In this document: piece after piece, positions 18,804 to 27,789 of the stretch
How the letters are laid out: each line of letters opens with the position of its first letter
Numbering within the stretch: position 1 is the stretch's first letter
Source: Saccharofermentans sp.
GTDB lineage: Bacteria; Bacillota; Clostridia; Saccharofermentanales; Saccharofermentanaceae
Reading direction: 5' to 3'
Length of the DNA: 64,000 nucleotides
Assembly: GCA_045639635.1 (NCBI GenBank)
Contig: JAZUDM010000038.1
Coordinates: 1,747-65,746, forward strand
Notes under the pieces: generated by a model
Databases searched by the model: none
Told to the model about the DNA's origin: nothing
The model's input: the letters and a program-made list of their open reading frames with translations, nothing else
Position numbers and translations under genes: made by a program

Positions 18804-19721
18804 ATGGCACTCAGGCTTAAAATCATTATGAATCCGTCATCTGGACGTGAAACAGCACGAGTTAATATTGAGGATATGCTCGCATACCTCACTTCTTTAA
18901 ACATGCTTGAAAGAGCTGATATTCACTATACATCCGGACGTTTCGATGCAGTTCGTTTTGCAAAAAATACTGATCCAAGCGAGTACGATTATGTTATTGC
19001 TGTAGGCGGAGACGGAACTGTAAACGAAGTTGTAACAGGTCTTCTTGAAGGCAATGTTGATATCCCACTTGCTATCTATACTTCAGGTACTGTAAATGAC
19101 TTCGCAACAATTAATAAGCTTCCAAGTCTTCCTTCAGATTTTGCAAGAATGCTTATGAATCCAACTTTCAAGAAAGTTGACTGCGGTAAGGTTAATGACA
19201 AGTATTTCCTTAACGTTCTTGCTGGTGGTCTTATGACAGACGTTGCTTATAAGGTTCCTTCTGATTTAAAGACAGCCTTTGGACCTGCTGCTTACTGGGT
19301 ATCTGCGATGAAAGATATTCCAACAATCAATAACACAATCAAGCTTCATATTAAGACAGAAGATAAGGAATACGATGCTGATGCAATAATGTTTCTTATC
19401 TCCAATACAAAGAGCGTTGGCGGTTTTAGAAAACTTATGACAATGGCTGACTTAACTGATGGAGTTTTGGACGTACTTGTAATCAAAAAGATGGATCCTA
19501 CCGAAATAATGCCACTTCTTGGTAAATTAATTCTCGGCGATCACATATATAATGATAACGTTATTTACTTCCAGGCAGATAACTTTGAATTGTCAACTAA
19601 TGACGAGAATCCAATTATTCTTGATATAGACGGAGAAGAAGGACCTCAGCTTCCATGCAAAGTTTCATGCATACATGAGGCCATTACATTAATCATTCCT
19701 TCAGAGGAGGAAGACTTGTGA
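18804..19721 (+). CDS. Diacylglycerol/lipid kinase family protein (YegS/DgkB-like)
   Basis: IMNPSSG, AVGGDGTVNEVV, SGTVNDFA, FLISNTKSVGG, DIDGEEG. AGGTG SD before ATG 18804. Confidence 0.9.
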   Translation: MALRLKIIMNPSSGRETARVNIEDMLAYLTSLNMLERADIHYTSGRFDAVRFAKNTDPSEYDYVIAVGGDGTVNEVVTGLLEGNVDIPLAIYTSGTVNDFATINKLPSLPSDFARMLMNPTFKKVDCGKVNDKYFLNVLAGGLMTDVAYKVPSDLKTAFGPAAYWVSAMKDIPTINNTIKLHIKTEDKEYDADAIMFLISNTKSVGGFRKLMTMADLTDGVLDVLVIKKMDPTEIMPLLGKLILGDHIYNDNVIYFQADNFELSTNDENPIILDIDGEEGPQLPCKVSCIHEAITLIIPSEEEDL

Positions 19722-21436
19722 AAAAAAGAGATGGAAAAATAAGAACACCTAAGATAGACGAGACTAAGCCAGAAGATATTAAGCCAACAGTTAGTACTTC
19801 TGAGTCTTTAGAGGATGCTATTCTTAATGCCAAGGACGAGGCCCCAGTAACTATTACTGAGGATTTTGACGATGCCGATACTCTTCCTGAAGTTCCTAAG
19901 AAGAAAAAGAAGCAGGCGTTCGAGGCAAAGGAAAAGCATAAGAATGAGGTTGCTCCAATCAAGCTCGAGCTTGATGGAAATAAGTCTGGTTCCCTCAATC
20001 GTTCCAAGGGTTCAATCGAAGGCAAACCAAAGAAAGCAAATTCAAAGAGTATTCCTTTCGTAATTGGTGCTGCTGTTGTAGTACTTCTTATAATTGGACT
20101 TACACTCTTTTATAGCGGTGGTATTAAGGAAAAGCTCCAGAGTCCTTTGTATATCAATGGACAGATGGTTGATAGTGCTGAATTTAGTTTCATGTATCAC
20201 TACATTCTTATCGATAACGGTGTTGATGTATTTGCTTCAGATACACCAGAGATGCTTAAGTCACCTTCAGAAGATCCAAACTTCGCAACACAGCGTGACT
20301 ATTTCCTTAACCTTACTGCACAGCAGATGCAGACAACTCAGATTCTTTACGACGATGCTATCCTTCACGGATATAAGATTGGTCCTGAGCACGAGACTCT
20401 TGCACGTACTTATATCGACTGGCTCAGCGGTAAGGCTTTTGAACTCGGTATCCCACTTGATACTTACATCCGTGGTGTATTCGGAAGCCAGGTAGATGAG
20501 CAGGTTGTTCTTAACGCACTTGCCAAGCAGTACTTCACAGAAGATTACGCTTCCGGCGCAAAGCTCGAAGAACTTCAGGCTACACCTGAGCAGGCTGAAG
20601 AAGCTTATAACGCTAACCGCAATGCATACGATACAGTTAACTACAAGATTTTGAGAATCACATACGAGCAGCGTGATCAGGCATTCATCGATACTGCCAT
20701 GCTCCACGCTAATCAGATTGTTGAAGGAATCAATCACGACGCTTCCCTTTTCGAGAGCGTTGCCTCAGAATTCTTCTCAGGCGAAGCTGCAAACACACTT
20801 GCTGCAACTGATTCAACTCTCGTTACTGATGCAAGATACGATGACTTTACTCATCTTGAGTTCAGAGACTGGCTTTACGATATGAGCAGAACTTCAGGTG
20901 ATGCTGTTATCTTCAACGATACAAACGGATTCCCTATTATCCTTTGTTTCGTAAGTCGTGACAGACAGACAGTACCTCTTAGAAATGTTCGTTTCGTACA
21001 TATTCTTGCTTCTACAAGCGAAGAGGGTCCTGGATTCCCTATGTCAGAGGCTCAGTTCTATGCACAGTCAATCTACGATATGGTTAATTCTGAGACAGAT
21101 ATTCAGAGTGTAGAGAACCTTTATACAGACCCTGTTCTTAACGGCGATATCGAGATTACACATAGCGCAGACACATACCCAAGCAAGTTCGATGGAATTC
21201 TTGCAAGCTGGATTTTTGATCCTTCAAGAGCTCCTGGCGATAAGGCTTTCCTCGAGACTAACGATGGTTTCTATATCATTTATATGGTTGATATTTCAGA
21301 GCAGCCAGAGTGGTATGACAGAGTTAACAGCTTTATCAGAATGCAGAACTATCAGGCATTTATGGCAGAGATGCAGTCAGAATATACTTATACATTCAAT
21401 CAGATTGGTCTCGATGCAATTCAGGACGTACCATGA
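19718..21436 (+). CDS. Membrane-anchored SurA/PrsA-like foldase (parvulin-type PPIase-like domains)
   Basis: Charged cytoplasmic N-terminus, one TM, INGQMVDSAEFSFMY, two parvulin-like segments (NYKILRI...; NVRFVHILAS...WIFDPSRAPGD...GFYIIY). Confidence 0.6.
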   Translation: MKKRDGKIRTPKIDETKPEDIKPTVSTSESLEDAILNAKDEAPVTITEDFDDADTLPEVPKKKKKQAFEAKEKHKNEVAPIKLELDGNKSGSLNRSKGSIEGKPKKANSKSIPFVIGAAVVVLLIIGLTLFYSGGIKEKLQSPLYINGQMVDSAEFSFMYHYILIDNGVDVFASDTPEMLKSPSEDPNFATQRDYFLNLTAQQMQTTQILYDDAILHGYKIGPEHETLARTYIDWLSGKAFELGIPLDTYIRGVFGSQVDEQVVLNALAKQYFTEDYASGAKLEELQATPEQAEEAYNANRNAYDTVNYKILRITYEQRDQAFIDTAMLHANQIVEGINHDASLFESVASEFFSGEAANTLAATDSTLVTDARYDDFTHLEFRDWLYDMSRTSGDAVIFNDTNGFPIILCFVSRDRQTVPLRNVRFVHILASTSEEGPGFPMSEAQFYAQSIYDMVNSETDIQSVENLYTDPVLNGDIEITHSADTYPSKFDGILASWIFDPSRAPGDKAFLETNDGFYIIYMVDISEQPEWYDRVNSFIRMQNYQAFMAEMQSEYTYTFNQIGLDAIQDVP

Positions 21437-22065
21437 TAGATATTTACTTTACTCGTCATGGGCAGACTAAGTGGAACACGGAGTTTAGAATGCAAGGGCG
21501 AAGTAATTCGCCCTTAACTTCTGCCGGAATTAATGGCGCTTTGAATCTTGGAACTACAATTTCAGAAATAAATCCTCCGATTAAAAGATGTCTTTGTAGT
21601 CCAATGCCAAGAACACTTCACACAGCTCAGTTAATCAGGAAGTCCTCTGGAATTAACTACACAATCGATGTGGAAGAGCTTTTAAGAGAGATGGATCTTG
21701 GCTCATGGGAAGGCATGCGTCGCGACGATACAAAGGTATTATTCCCTGAAGAGTTTATTAACTTCAGAACAAAACCACACCTGTTCGTACCTGTTGATGG
21801 CGGCGAGACATTCCACGATGTTTATAAAAGAGCAGAAAAGTTATTAAACAGACTTCGCACAGAACATATTGGAAAAACTCCAGATTATTCCATACTTCTT
21901 GTTTCTCACATGATTCTTGTTCAGGCCATATTATCAGTAGCAATTGAACATGATGTATCGTACTTAAGATCTCGTGATCCAATCCCAGGTACTACTCTTT
22001 ATGGTATAAGAATTGAAGACGAACCATCAAAATACACGCTTCTTTTAGGCACTTTTGATTGCTAA
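21433..22065 (+). CDS. Histidine phosphatase (phosphoglycerate mutase family)
   Basis: RHGQTKWN...QG, LREMDLGSWEG, GGETF, LLVSH. Confidence 0.92.
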   Translation: MIDIYFTRHGQTKWNTEFRMQGRSNSPLTSAGINGALNLGTTISEINPPIKRCLCSPMPRTLHTAQLIRKSSGINYTIDVEELLREMDLGSWEGMRRDDTKVLFPEEFINFRTKPHLFVPVDGGETFHDVYKRAEKLLNRLRTEHIGKTPDYSILLVSHMILVQAILSVAIEHDVSYLRSRDPIPGTTLYGIRIEDEPSKYTLLLGTFDC

Positions 22066-22110
22066 AGAATGCTAGTATAATACGAAGAAAAAAGAAGAAA
22101 GGCCAAAATA

Positions 22111-23652
22111 ATGCCAAAAGAAATCACAATTAGCAAAAGCAAGTTCTCCCTTGTTACTGCTATATATCTAATAGTACCTATTATTGTTTTTATAATTGGT
22201 TTCTTAAAAATATATCTTGCAATTCCATTTTCACTTATTTTTGTAGCTTCACTTTACCTTTATTACAAAGACTTCAACAAGGATAAGGACAAGAATCTAA
22301 TTTCCGATGACAAAATTTCAGTTAGTACTACGTATCTTCTAATCTCTTTCGTTGCAATCGTTATTTATACAATTGTTTCTGGTGTAGGTGAATTTACTTG
22401 GACAACTATTGATCACAGAGTGCGTTGGTCAATACTTTTAGACTTAATCGACTACAAGTGGCCTGTAATTTATGATTTCTCAACTCAGTCAAACCCTGCT
22501 GTACGTGAGATTTTAGGTGAGGGTTCTGCTGCCTTTACTTATTACTATACAATTTGGATGGTTCCTGCCTGCGTTGGAAAAGTATTCGGCTTAATGGCAG
22601 CACGTATCACATTGGTAATTTGGACATCAATTGGGCTTTATTTAATGCTTATCGGTGTTGGCCTTTGGGAGAAAAAATTAGGATATGTTGCACTTGTAGG
22701 ACTTCTTTTCTTTGGAGGTCTTGATGTTTTCCCATATACAGTAAAAACGCTTCTCGGTTTAGGTGGCACTTGGGAAGGCTGGAATGAGCAAATGTATATC
22801 CACGGAAGTTATTCACAGATGATGAATGTTTTTCATCAGAGTATTCCTGGATGGCTCATCACTTTATTAGTAATTTCAAACAAGAACAATCGATCAATCG
22901 GATTTATTGGTTCACTTATGTTTTGCTATTCTCCTTGGGCTACTATCGGATTGCTCCCTATTGCGTTCTGTCAATTATTCCGCAAGGATATGCTCTCAAA
23001 GGATATCAAAACTAATCTTACTAACATTTTCAACTTCAATAATCTTTGTGTTCCATTACTTATCCTTTTAATCTTTGTTCCTTTCTTCACTGCAAATCCA
23101 GAAGCAACTAGTGTTAGAGGATTTATTTGGAACTTTATTGACGGCGGTCCACTTAGAATACTTGTAGACTATTTACTTTATGTAATTATTGAATTTGGTA
23201 TCTGGGTGCTCATAGTTTACAAGGATTATAAGAAAGAGCCTCTCCTTTGGGTTCTTTTCGCAGAATTATTAATATTCCCAATTTATAACATCTCTAGTCT
23301 CAATGACTTGCTCATGAGAGGCAGCATGGCTCCGATGATTATTCTTATGCTCATGGCAATTAATACTCTCGAAAAGAATATTACTTTCATTAAGAATACA
23401 AAACCTGCAGACCTCCACATAAAAGAAATCTTAATAGTGTTTGTAGCGTTGATGTGCGCTATCACTCAATTCAAATTATTCACTGTTTCTGTGGACTTCA
23501 CTTTCAGAGACAAGGAAAACAAGCAGCAGATGCGTGAACTAATTGGTTCCTTCGGAAATATTAATGACGAAAGCGAAACTGATATGGTTGACTTACAATT
23601 CTTTGCTGAAAACTATGAAGAAACTTTCTTCTTTAAATACTTGGCTAAATAA
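22111..23652 (+). CDS. Polytopic membrane protein, GT-C-like (paralogue of 56665..58245)
   Basis: About 12 TM segments; DHRVRWSILLDLIDYKWPV, YYYTIWMVPACVGKVFG, NVFHQSIP, YSPWATIGLLP, NDLLMRGSM. Confidence 0.55.
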   Translation: MPKEITISKSKFSLVTAIYLIVPIIVFIIGFLKIYLAIPFSLIFVASLYLYYKDFNKDKDKNLISDDKISVSTTYLLISFVAIVIYTIVSGVGEFTWTTIDHRVRWSILLDLIDYKWPVIYDFSTQSNPAVREILGEGSAAFTYYYTIWMVPACVGKVFGLMAARITLVIWTSIGLYLMLIGVGLWEKKLGYVALVGLLFFGGLDVFPYTVKTLLGLGGTWEGWNEQMYIHGSYSQMMNVFHQSIPGWLITLLVISNKNNRSIGFIGSLMFCYSPWATIGLLPIAFCQLFRKDMLSKDIKTNLTNIFNFNNLCVPLLILLIFVPFFTANPEATSVRGFIWNFIDGGPLRILVDYLLYVIIEFGIWVLIVYKDYKKEPLLWVLFAELLIFPIYNISSLNDLLMRGSMAPMIILMLMAINTLEKNITFIKNTKPADLHIKEILIVFVALMCAITQFKLFTVSVDFTFRDKENKQQMRELIGSFGNINDESETDMVDLQFFAENYEETFFFKYLAK

Positions 23653-23653
23653 C

Positions 23654-23690
23654 AAAAAGGCTGTCTTAGAAAAATCTAGACAGCCTTTAT
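23654..23690. terminator. Bidirectional intrinsic terminator
   Basis: AAAGGCTGTCT(T)AGA-AAAA-TCTAGACAGCCTTT between convergent genes. Confidence 0.8.
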
Positions 23691-23709
23691 TAGTTTATTT
23701 GGTTATTAA

Positions 23710-23820
23710 TCAGATTCCTCTGATGATAAGTACAATTATTGAGATAAAAGTCAAAAGCATTGTAAGTGCGAGAAATAATGAAAGAACTTTTACCCAGAGT
23801 TTTCTTCTAGTTGGATTCAT
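23710..23820 (-). CDS. Small membrane peptide, 36 aa (absent from the ORF track)
   Basis: MNPTRRKLWVKVLSLFLALTMLLTFISIIVLIIRGI. ATG is 1 nt after the htrA stop and the ORF ends just before the terminator. Confidence 0.6.
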   Translation of the reverse strand: MNPTRRKLWVKVLSLFLALTMLLTFISIIVLIIRGI

Positions 23821-23821
23821 A

Positions 23822-25171
23822 TTACTGACTACTATCTCCTATTGTAAGATTTATCTCTATTAATTCTCCATCACGCTCAACAACAAATGTTAATTCATCG
23901 CCGACGCTATGAGCATTACGCACATCTATGATATCAGATGATTGAGTTATTACAACCCCGTCAATCTCTCTAATGATATCACCAATCTTAAACAATCCGT
24001 TATCTGCTGGGCCACCCTCGTCAATTACAACGATATAAACACCTTCGATTGAACCGTAGTAACTTTCAGAAGCAACTTCCTGAACCTGAATTCCAAGATA
24101 TGGTCTTCCAACTACATGTCCGTTAGTGATAAGTGACTCGATAATATCTCTTACACTTGAAATTGGAATAGCAAATCCCAATCCTTCAGCTGAACTCATC
24201 TTGGCATTTGTAATACCGATTACTTCCCCAAATGAATTAATAAGTGGTCCGCCACTGTTACCTGTATTGATTGAGGCATCTGTCTGAATAAGTCTCATCA
24301 TATAACCGTTGTTAGTAATCTCACGGTCAAGCGCTGAAACGATACCAGTTGTAACTGTACCATCAAGTGTTCCAAGGGAATTTCCGATAGCAACTACCAT
24401 CTCACCTACACGAAGTAAATCAGAATCCCCCAGTGTTACACATGGGTATTGACCCTCCTCGTTAAGCTTAATCACAGCGATATCTGTCTGATCGTCAGTT
24501 CCCATAATTGAAGCTTCAATCATGTCACCAAAACCTGGAATCTTAACGTAGATTGCCTGATTCTCTCTCTCGAGAACTGAATCAACTACGTGAGCATTAG
24601 TAACGATATATCCTTCTTCGCTGATAATAAAACCAGAACCTGAAGAAACTGTAAGTGGTGCGCCACTTGATACTTCAGTAATAAATACAGAAACTGTAGC
24701 AGGACTTACAAGATCAACAATCTCCATTGTAGTAAGTGTTTCCTTGTTTGGATCATAAACACTTGCTGCCTGTTCCAAAGTAAAGTGCGGATCATTTACA
24801 AACTCGTATGTTGTATTAGTTTCTTCCGTAGTATCTCCAGTATCAAGCTTACCGTCAGTCTTTGAAGCATAAGCCATAGTTCCTACTCTGCCTCGTGAAA
24901 GAGCAAAGATATAAACTGACTGCATACAGGAAAAGAGAAAACATACTGCAAGAGCAACAAGTAAGATGTTATACCAGTTAGGATTCTTTACCTTACGGTT
25001 ATCTACTGCAATATGAGTGATTTCGCTCTCTTTTTTATCCTCGCTGGAAGTCTCTTCAGAAACCTCTTCTGCTACAGGAGTTTCTTCTACTACAGGAGTA
25101 TCTTCAGTTTCAGTAGTATCAACAGAATCATTGAGTTCTTCATCTACATTTAAATTAGACTCTTCACTCAT
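23822..25171 (-). CDS. htrA: HtrA/DegP family membrane serine protease with PDZ domain
   Basis: TNAHVV, DIAVIK, TDASINTGNSGGPL triad; GLGFAIP; RPYLGI PDZ; acidic N-terminal tail and TM. Confidence 0.95.
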   Translation of the reverse strand: MSEESNLNVDEELNDSVDTTETEDTPVVEETPVAEEVSEETSSEDKKESEITHIAVDNRKVKNPNWYNILLVALAVCFLFSCMQSVYIFALSRGRVGTMAYASKTDGKLDTGDTTEETNTTYEFVNDPHFTLEQAASVYDPNKETLTTMEIVDLVSPATVSVFITEVSSGAPLTVSSGSGFIISEEGYIVTNAHVVDSVLERENQAIYVKIPGFGDMIEASIMGTDDQTDIAVIKLNEEGQYPCVTLGDSDLLRVGEMVVAIGNSLGTLDGTVTTGIVSALDREITNNGYMMRLIQTDASINTGNSGGPLINSFGEVIGITNAKMSSAEGLGFAIPISSVRDIIESLITNGHVVGRPYLGIQVQEVASESYYGSIEGVYIVVIDEGGPADNGLFKIGDIIREIDGVVITQSSDIIDVRNAHSVGDELTFVVERDGELIEINLTIGDSSQ

Positions 25172-25176
25172 TATTC

Positions 25177-25818
25177 TTACCTCTCAATCTTTGTCTTAAG
25201 TTCGCGCTCACCGCACTTAACTGCCATGGCACGTCCCTGGGACTTATCAATAATAAACGCCTTGAATGCTTCTTCATCCTTATGGTCACAAACGCAGGTT
25301 AAAGTTACATTCTCTGTATAGGCAATATCCTCAACATTCCATCCCTGATTTTTAATCGCGAAAAGCATTTTATCTGACATATCGTATTTAAGCTGGACCT
25401 CAAATGCGATGCCCTTACTTACGTTAATAACGCCGCTATTCTTAACAGCTTCAATCGCTGCATCAGTATAGGCTCTTACAAGACCACCCTTGCCAAGTAA
25501 AACGCCTCCGAAATATCTTGTAACAACAATAACGGAATTAGTGATTCCACCCTTCTCAAGAACAGACAAAATAGGAAGACCTGCTGTGCCTGATGGCTCG
25601 CCGTCGTCACTATACTTTTGCATATGTATGTTGTTATCCAAAATCCACGCATAGCAGCTGTGTCTCGCATCTGGATATGTTCCCCTGACTTCAGCAACAA
25701 AAGCCTCCGCTTCTTCCGGGGAATAAATACGCTTGGACTGACCGATAAAAACAGAGTTCTTAATCTCTATTTCGGATTTACCATACCCTTCGAGTGTTAC
25801 AAAAGAATCAAGAGCCAA
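25177..25818 (-). CDS. yigZ: YigZ/IMPACT family protein
   Basis: EIEIKNSVFIG, ARHSCYAW, SDDGEPSGTAG, VVTRYFGGVLLGKGGLVRAY. Confidence 0.95.
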   Translation of the reverse strand: MALDSFVTLEGYGKSEIEIKNSVFIGQSKRIYSPEEAEAFVAEVRGTYPDARHSCYAWILDNNIHMQKYSDDGEPSGTAGLPILSVLEKGGITNSVIVVTRYFGGVLLGKGGLVRAYTDAAIEAVKNSGVINVSKGIAFEVQLKYDMSDKMLFAIKNQGWNVEDIAYTENVTLTCVCDHKDEEAFKAFIIDKSQGRAMAVKCGERELKTKIER

Positions 25819-26232
25819 TTAGATAATCTCCTTATAGCGCTGGTATGCAACCATCAAAAGTGACTTATCCTGGCTATATGTAACCATTTCAAGTGCCTCT
25901 TCAATAGTGAAGAACTTACCCTCTTCGTATCCTGATTCCTTGTTAGGAACAACAAGATCACCTGTACACTTCATTACAAACCATGAAACGTTATTATGTA
26001 CCGGCTTACCAATCTTTACTGAATAGAATTCATAGTTAGTTTTTCCGCATGGAGCAACAATAGAAGCATCAAGTCCTGCGTCATTCTTAAGATTAGAAAC
26101 TGCAACATCTGTAAGTTTTACGTCACCGTTAACGATTCCCTTAGGAAAACCCCATTCCTGCTTGTCGTTAAGAAGCATAAGAACAGTATCCTCATAAAAA
26201 CAAATGCCACCAGTATAATTACGAACTATCAT
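25819..26232 (-). CDS. NUDIX-fold protein with degenerate Nudix box
   Basis: GGICF...WGFPKG...AGL scaffold; catalytic glutamates absent. Confidence 0.7.
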   Translation of the reverse strand: MIVRNYTGGICFYEDTVLMLLNDKQEWGFPKGIVNGDVKLTDVAVSNLKNDAGLDASIVAPCGKTNYEFYSVKIGKPVHNNVSWFVMKCTGDLVVPNKESGYEEGKFFTIEEALEMVTYSQDKSLLMVAYQRYKEII

Positions 26233-26327
26233 AGTTAACCCCCACTAAGGTTTCACATTTTTCTTAAAGATAATATAGCACAAGGGCGCTTTATTTTTCG
26301 CGCAAACTTGTAAAAAATACTCTTTCT

Positions 26328-26356
26328 TTGCTTTTATTACTTATTACTTATATAAT
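26328..26356 (+). promoter_or_regulatory. Sigma-A promoter predicting a leaderless transcript
   Basis: TTGCTT (26328-33), 17 bp, TATAAT (26351-56), 6 nt, ATG 26363; no SD. Confidence 0.6.
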
Positions 26357-26362
26357 GCACAC

Positions 26363-27739
26363 ATGATTAACAATAATCGCAATTACAAGTTTTCAGATTA
26401 TAGTAAGAATCAGAAGTACGGACCCTACAGAAAGCAGAAAACACTTTTGCTTTTGCAGAGAATATTTATTGCGCTTCTTTTCTCAGCTTGTACTTTGGGA
26501 TTAGTACTTACAGTAAGCATTATCGGTAAGTCTGTAACTCAGAAAGACAGACCTTTATTCGAACTTGGAAAAGAGACTACAGAGGCTGTAGCTCAGACTA
26601 TCGACAGCGTTCCTACTCCAACTCCTGCACCAACACCAACTCCACGTGAGCTTCTCCCAGAAAATGAACTTGCTGATGCATACTGGGGCGAACTTGTTGA
26701 GTGCGAAAATCCAGTTGAATACGAGCATGTACCTGTACATGGCCTTTATCTAAATGCCGCAGTACGTCTCGATGAGAACATTGAACTTGCAAATAACTCC
26801 CTTGTAGATGCTTTCGTTATTGATCTTAAGGAGGCCGAGGGCGTTTACTTTAACTCTACTAATGAGTTCGCGCATTCTTTGGGCTATGTCTATAACGCTT
26901 ACAATCTTGAAGAAGTCTGCGAAAGATGCCACGAGAACAACATTCGTGTAATCGGCCGTATTGTTTGCTTTAAAGATCCTACACTTGCAGAAAGATATCC
27001 TGACAGAGCTATCGCAGATGCTAACGGCAACCCACTCTTCTTTACTACTGAGGGTAGCAAGGCATTTGCTAATCCATACGATTCAAGAAACTGGGATTAC
27101 CTTATTGATCTTGCTCTTGAAGCAATTGACATGGGCGTAGATGAAATCCAGTTCGACTACGTTCGATTCCCTACAGGAAGTACAACTTCTGGTGCTGATC
27201 CTTACTATGGTGCTGAGGGCACTGTTCCTACAAAGGCTGATGCCGTTAACAGATTCCTTCAGACAGCGCGTATCAGAATTCAGGATACTTTGGGCATCCC
27301 AGTTTCAGGTGATATCTTCGGTATCGCTGTTACAAGTTCCCTTGATGGTCAGATTCTTGGTCAGGACTGGGGTACAGTTGGATTTACAGGAGTAGATTCC
27401 GTATGTCCTATGATTTACCCTTCTCACTATGCTCTTGGTACTGTTTTGAACAGCGTAGAGTACGACTGCCCTGACAGATATCCATACGATATTATGCTTA
27501 ACGCATTGCTTCTTGGCAGTGACTACTACTTAAGACCAGGCTATGCGGAAGTAAGACCTTATATCCAGTGCTTTACAGCTTATTACCTTGGTGAAGGTCA
27601 CTATCTTGAGCATAGTTACGAGACAGTTGATATTCAGATTTATGCGCTTCAGCGTGCCGGTCTTAATGAGTGGATTCTCTGGAATGCACTTTGTCTCTAT
27701 CCAGAAGGAAATTATGACGGCGAGACGCATGAATTGTGA
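26363..27739 (+). CDS. Membrane-anchored putative glycoside hydrolase (DUF4015-like TIM barrel)
   Basis: TM anchor, PTPTPAPTPTP linker, FVIDLKEAEG, RIVCFKDP, EIQFDYVRFP, SGDIFG, PMIYPSHY, WILWNA. Confidence 0.8.
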   Translation: MINNNRNYKFSDYSKNQKYGPYRKQKTLLLLQRIFIALLFSACTLGLVLTVSIIGKSVTQKDRPLFELGKETTEAVAQTIDSVPTPTPAPTPTPRELLPENELADAYWGELVECENPVEYEHVPVHGLYLNAAVRLDENIELANNSLVDAFVIDLKEAEGVYFNSTNEFAHSLGYVYNAYNLEEVCERCHENNIRVIGRIVCFKDPTLAERYPDRAIADANGNPLFFTTEGSKAFANPYDSRNWDYLIDLALEAIDMGVDEIQFDYVRFPTGSTTSGADPYYGAEGTVPTKADAVNRFLQTARIRIQDTLGIPVSGDIFGIAVTSSLDGQILGQDWGTVGFTGVDSVCPMIYPSHYALGTVLNSVEYDCPDRYPYDIMLNALLLGSDYYLRPGYAEVRPYIQCFTAYYLGEGHYLEHSYETVDIQIYALQRAGLNEWILWNALCLYPEGNYDGETHEL

Positions 27740-27789
27740 TATAATCAGTTAGTTAATTATTTGGTATTTAATTTATAGGAGGTCTATTT

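Noticed and set aside
27737-27789. T-box leader for serS
   Set aside because: Only 50 bp separate the genes; an extended -10 (TGATATAAT) lies directly upstream and there is no T-box sequence or terminator. Absence is ordinary lineage variation.
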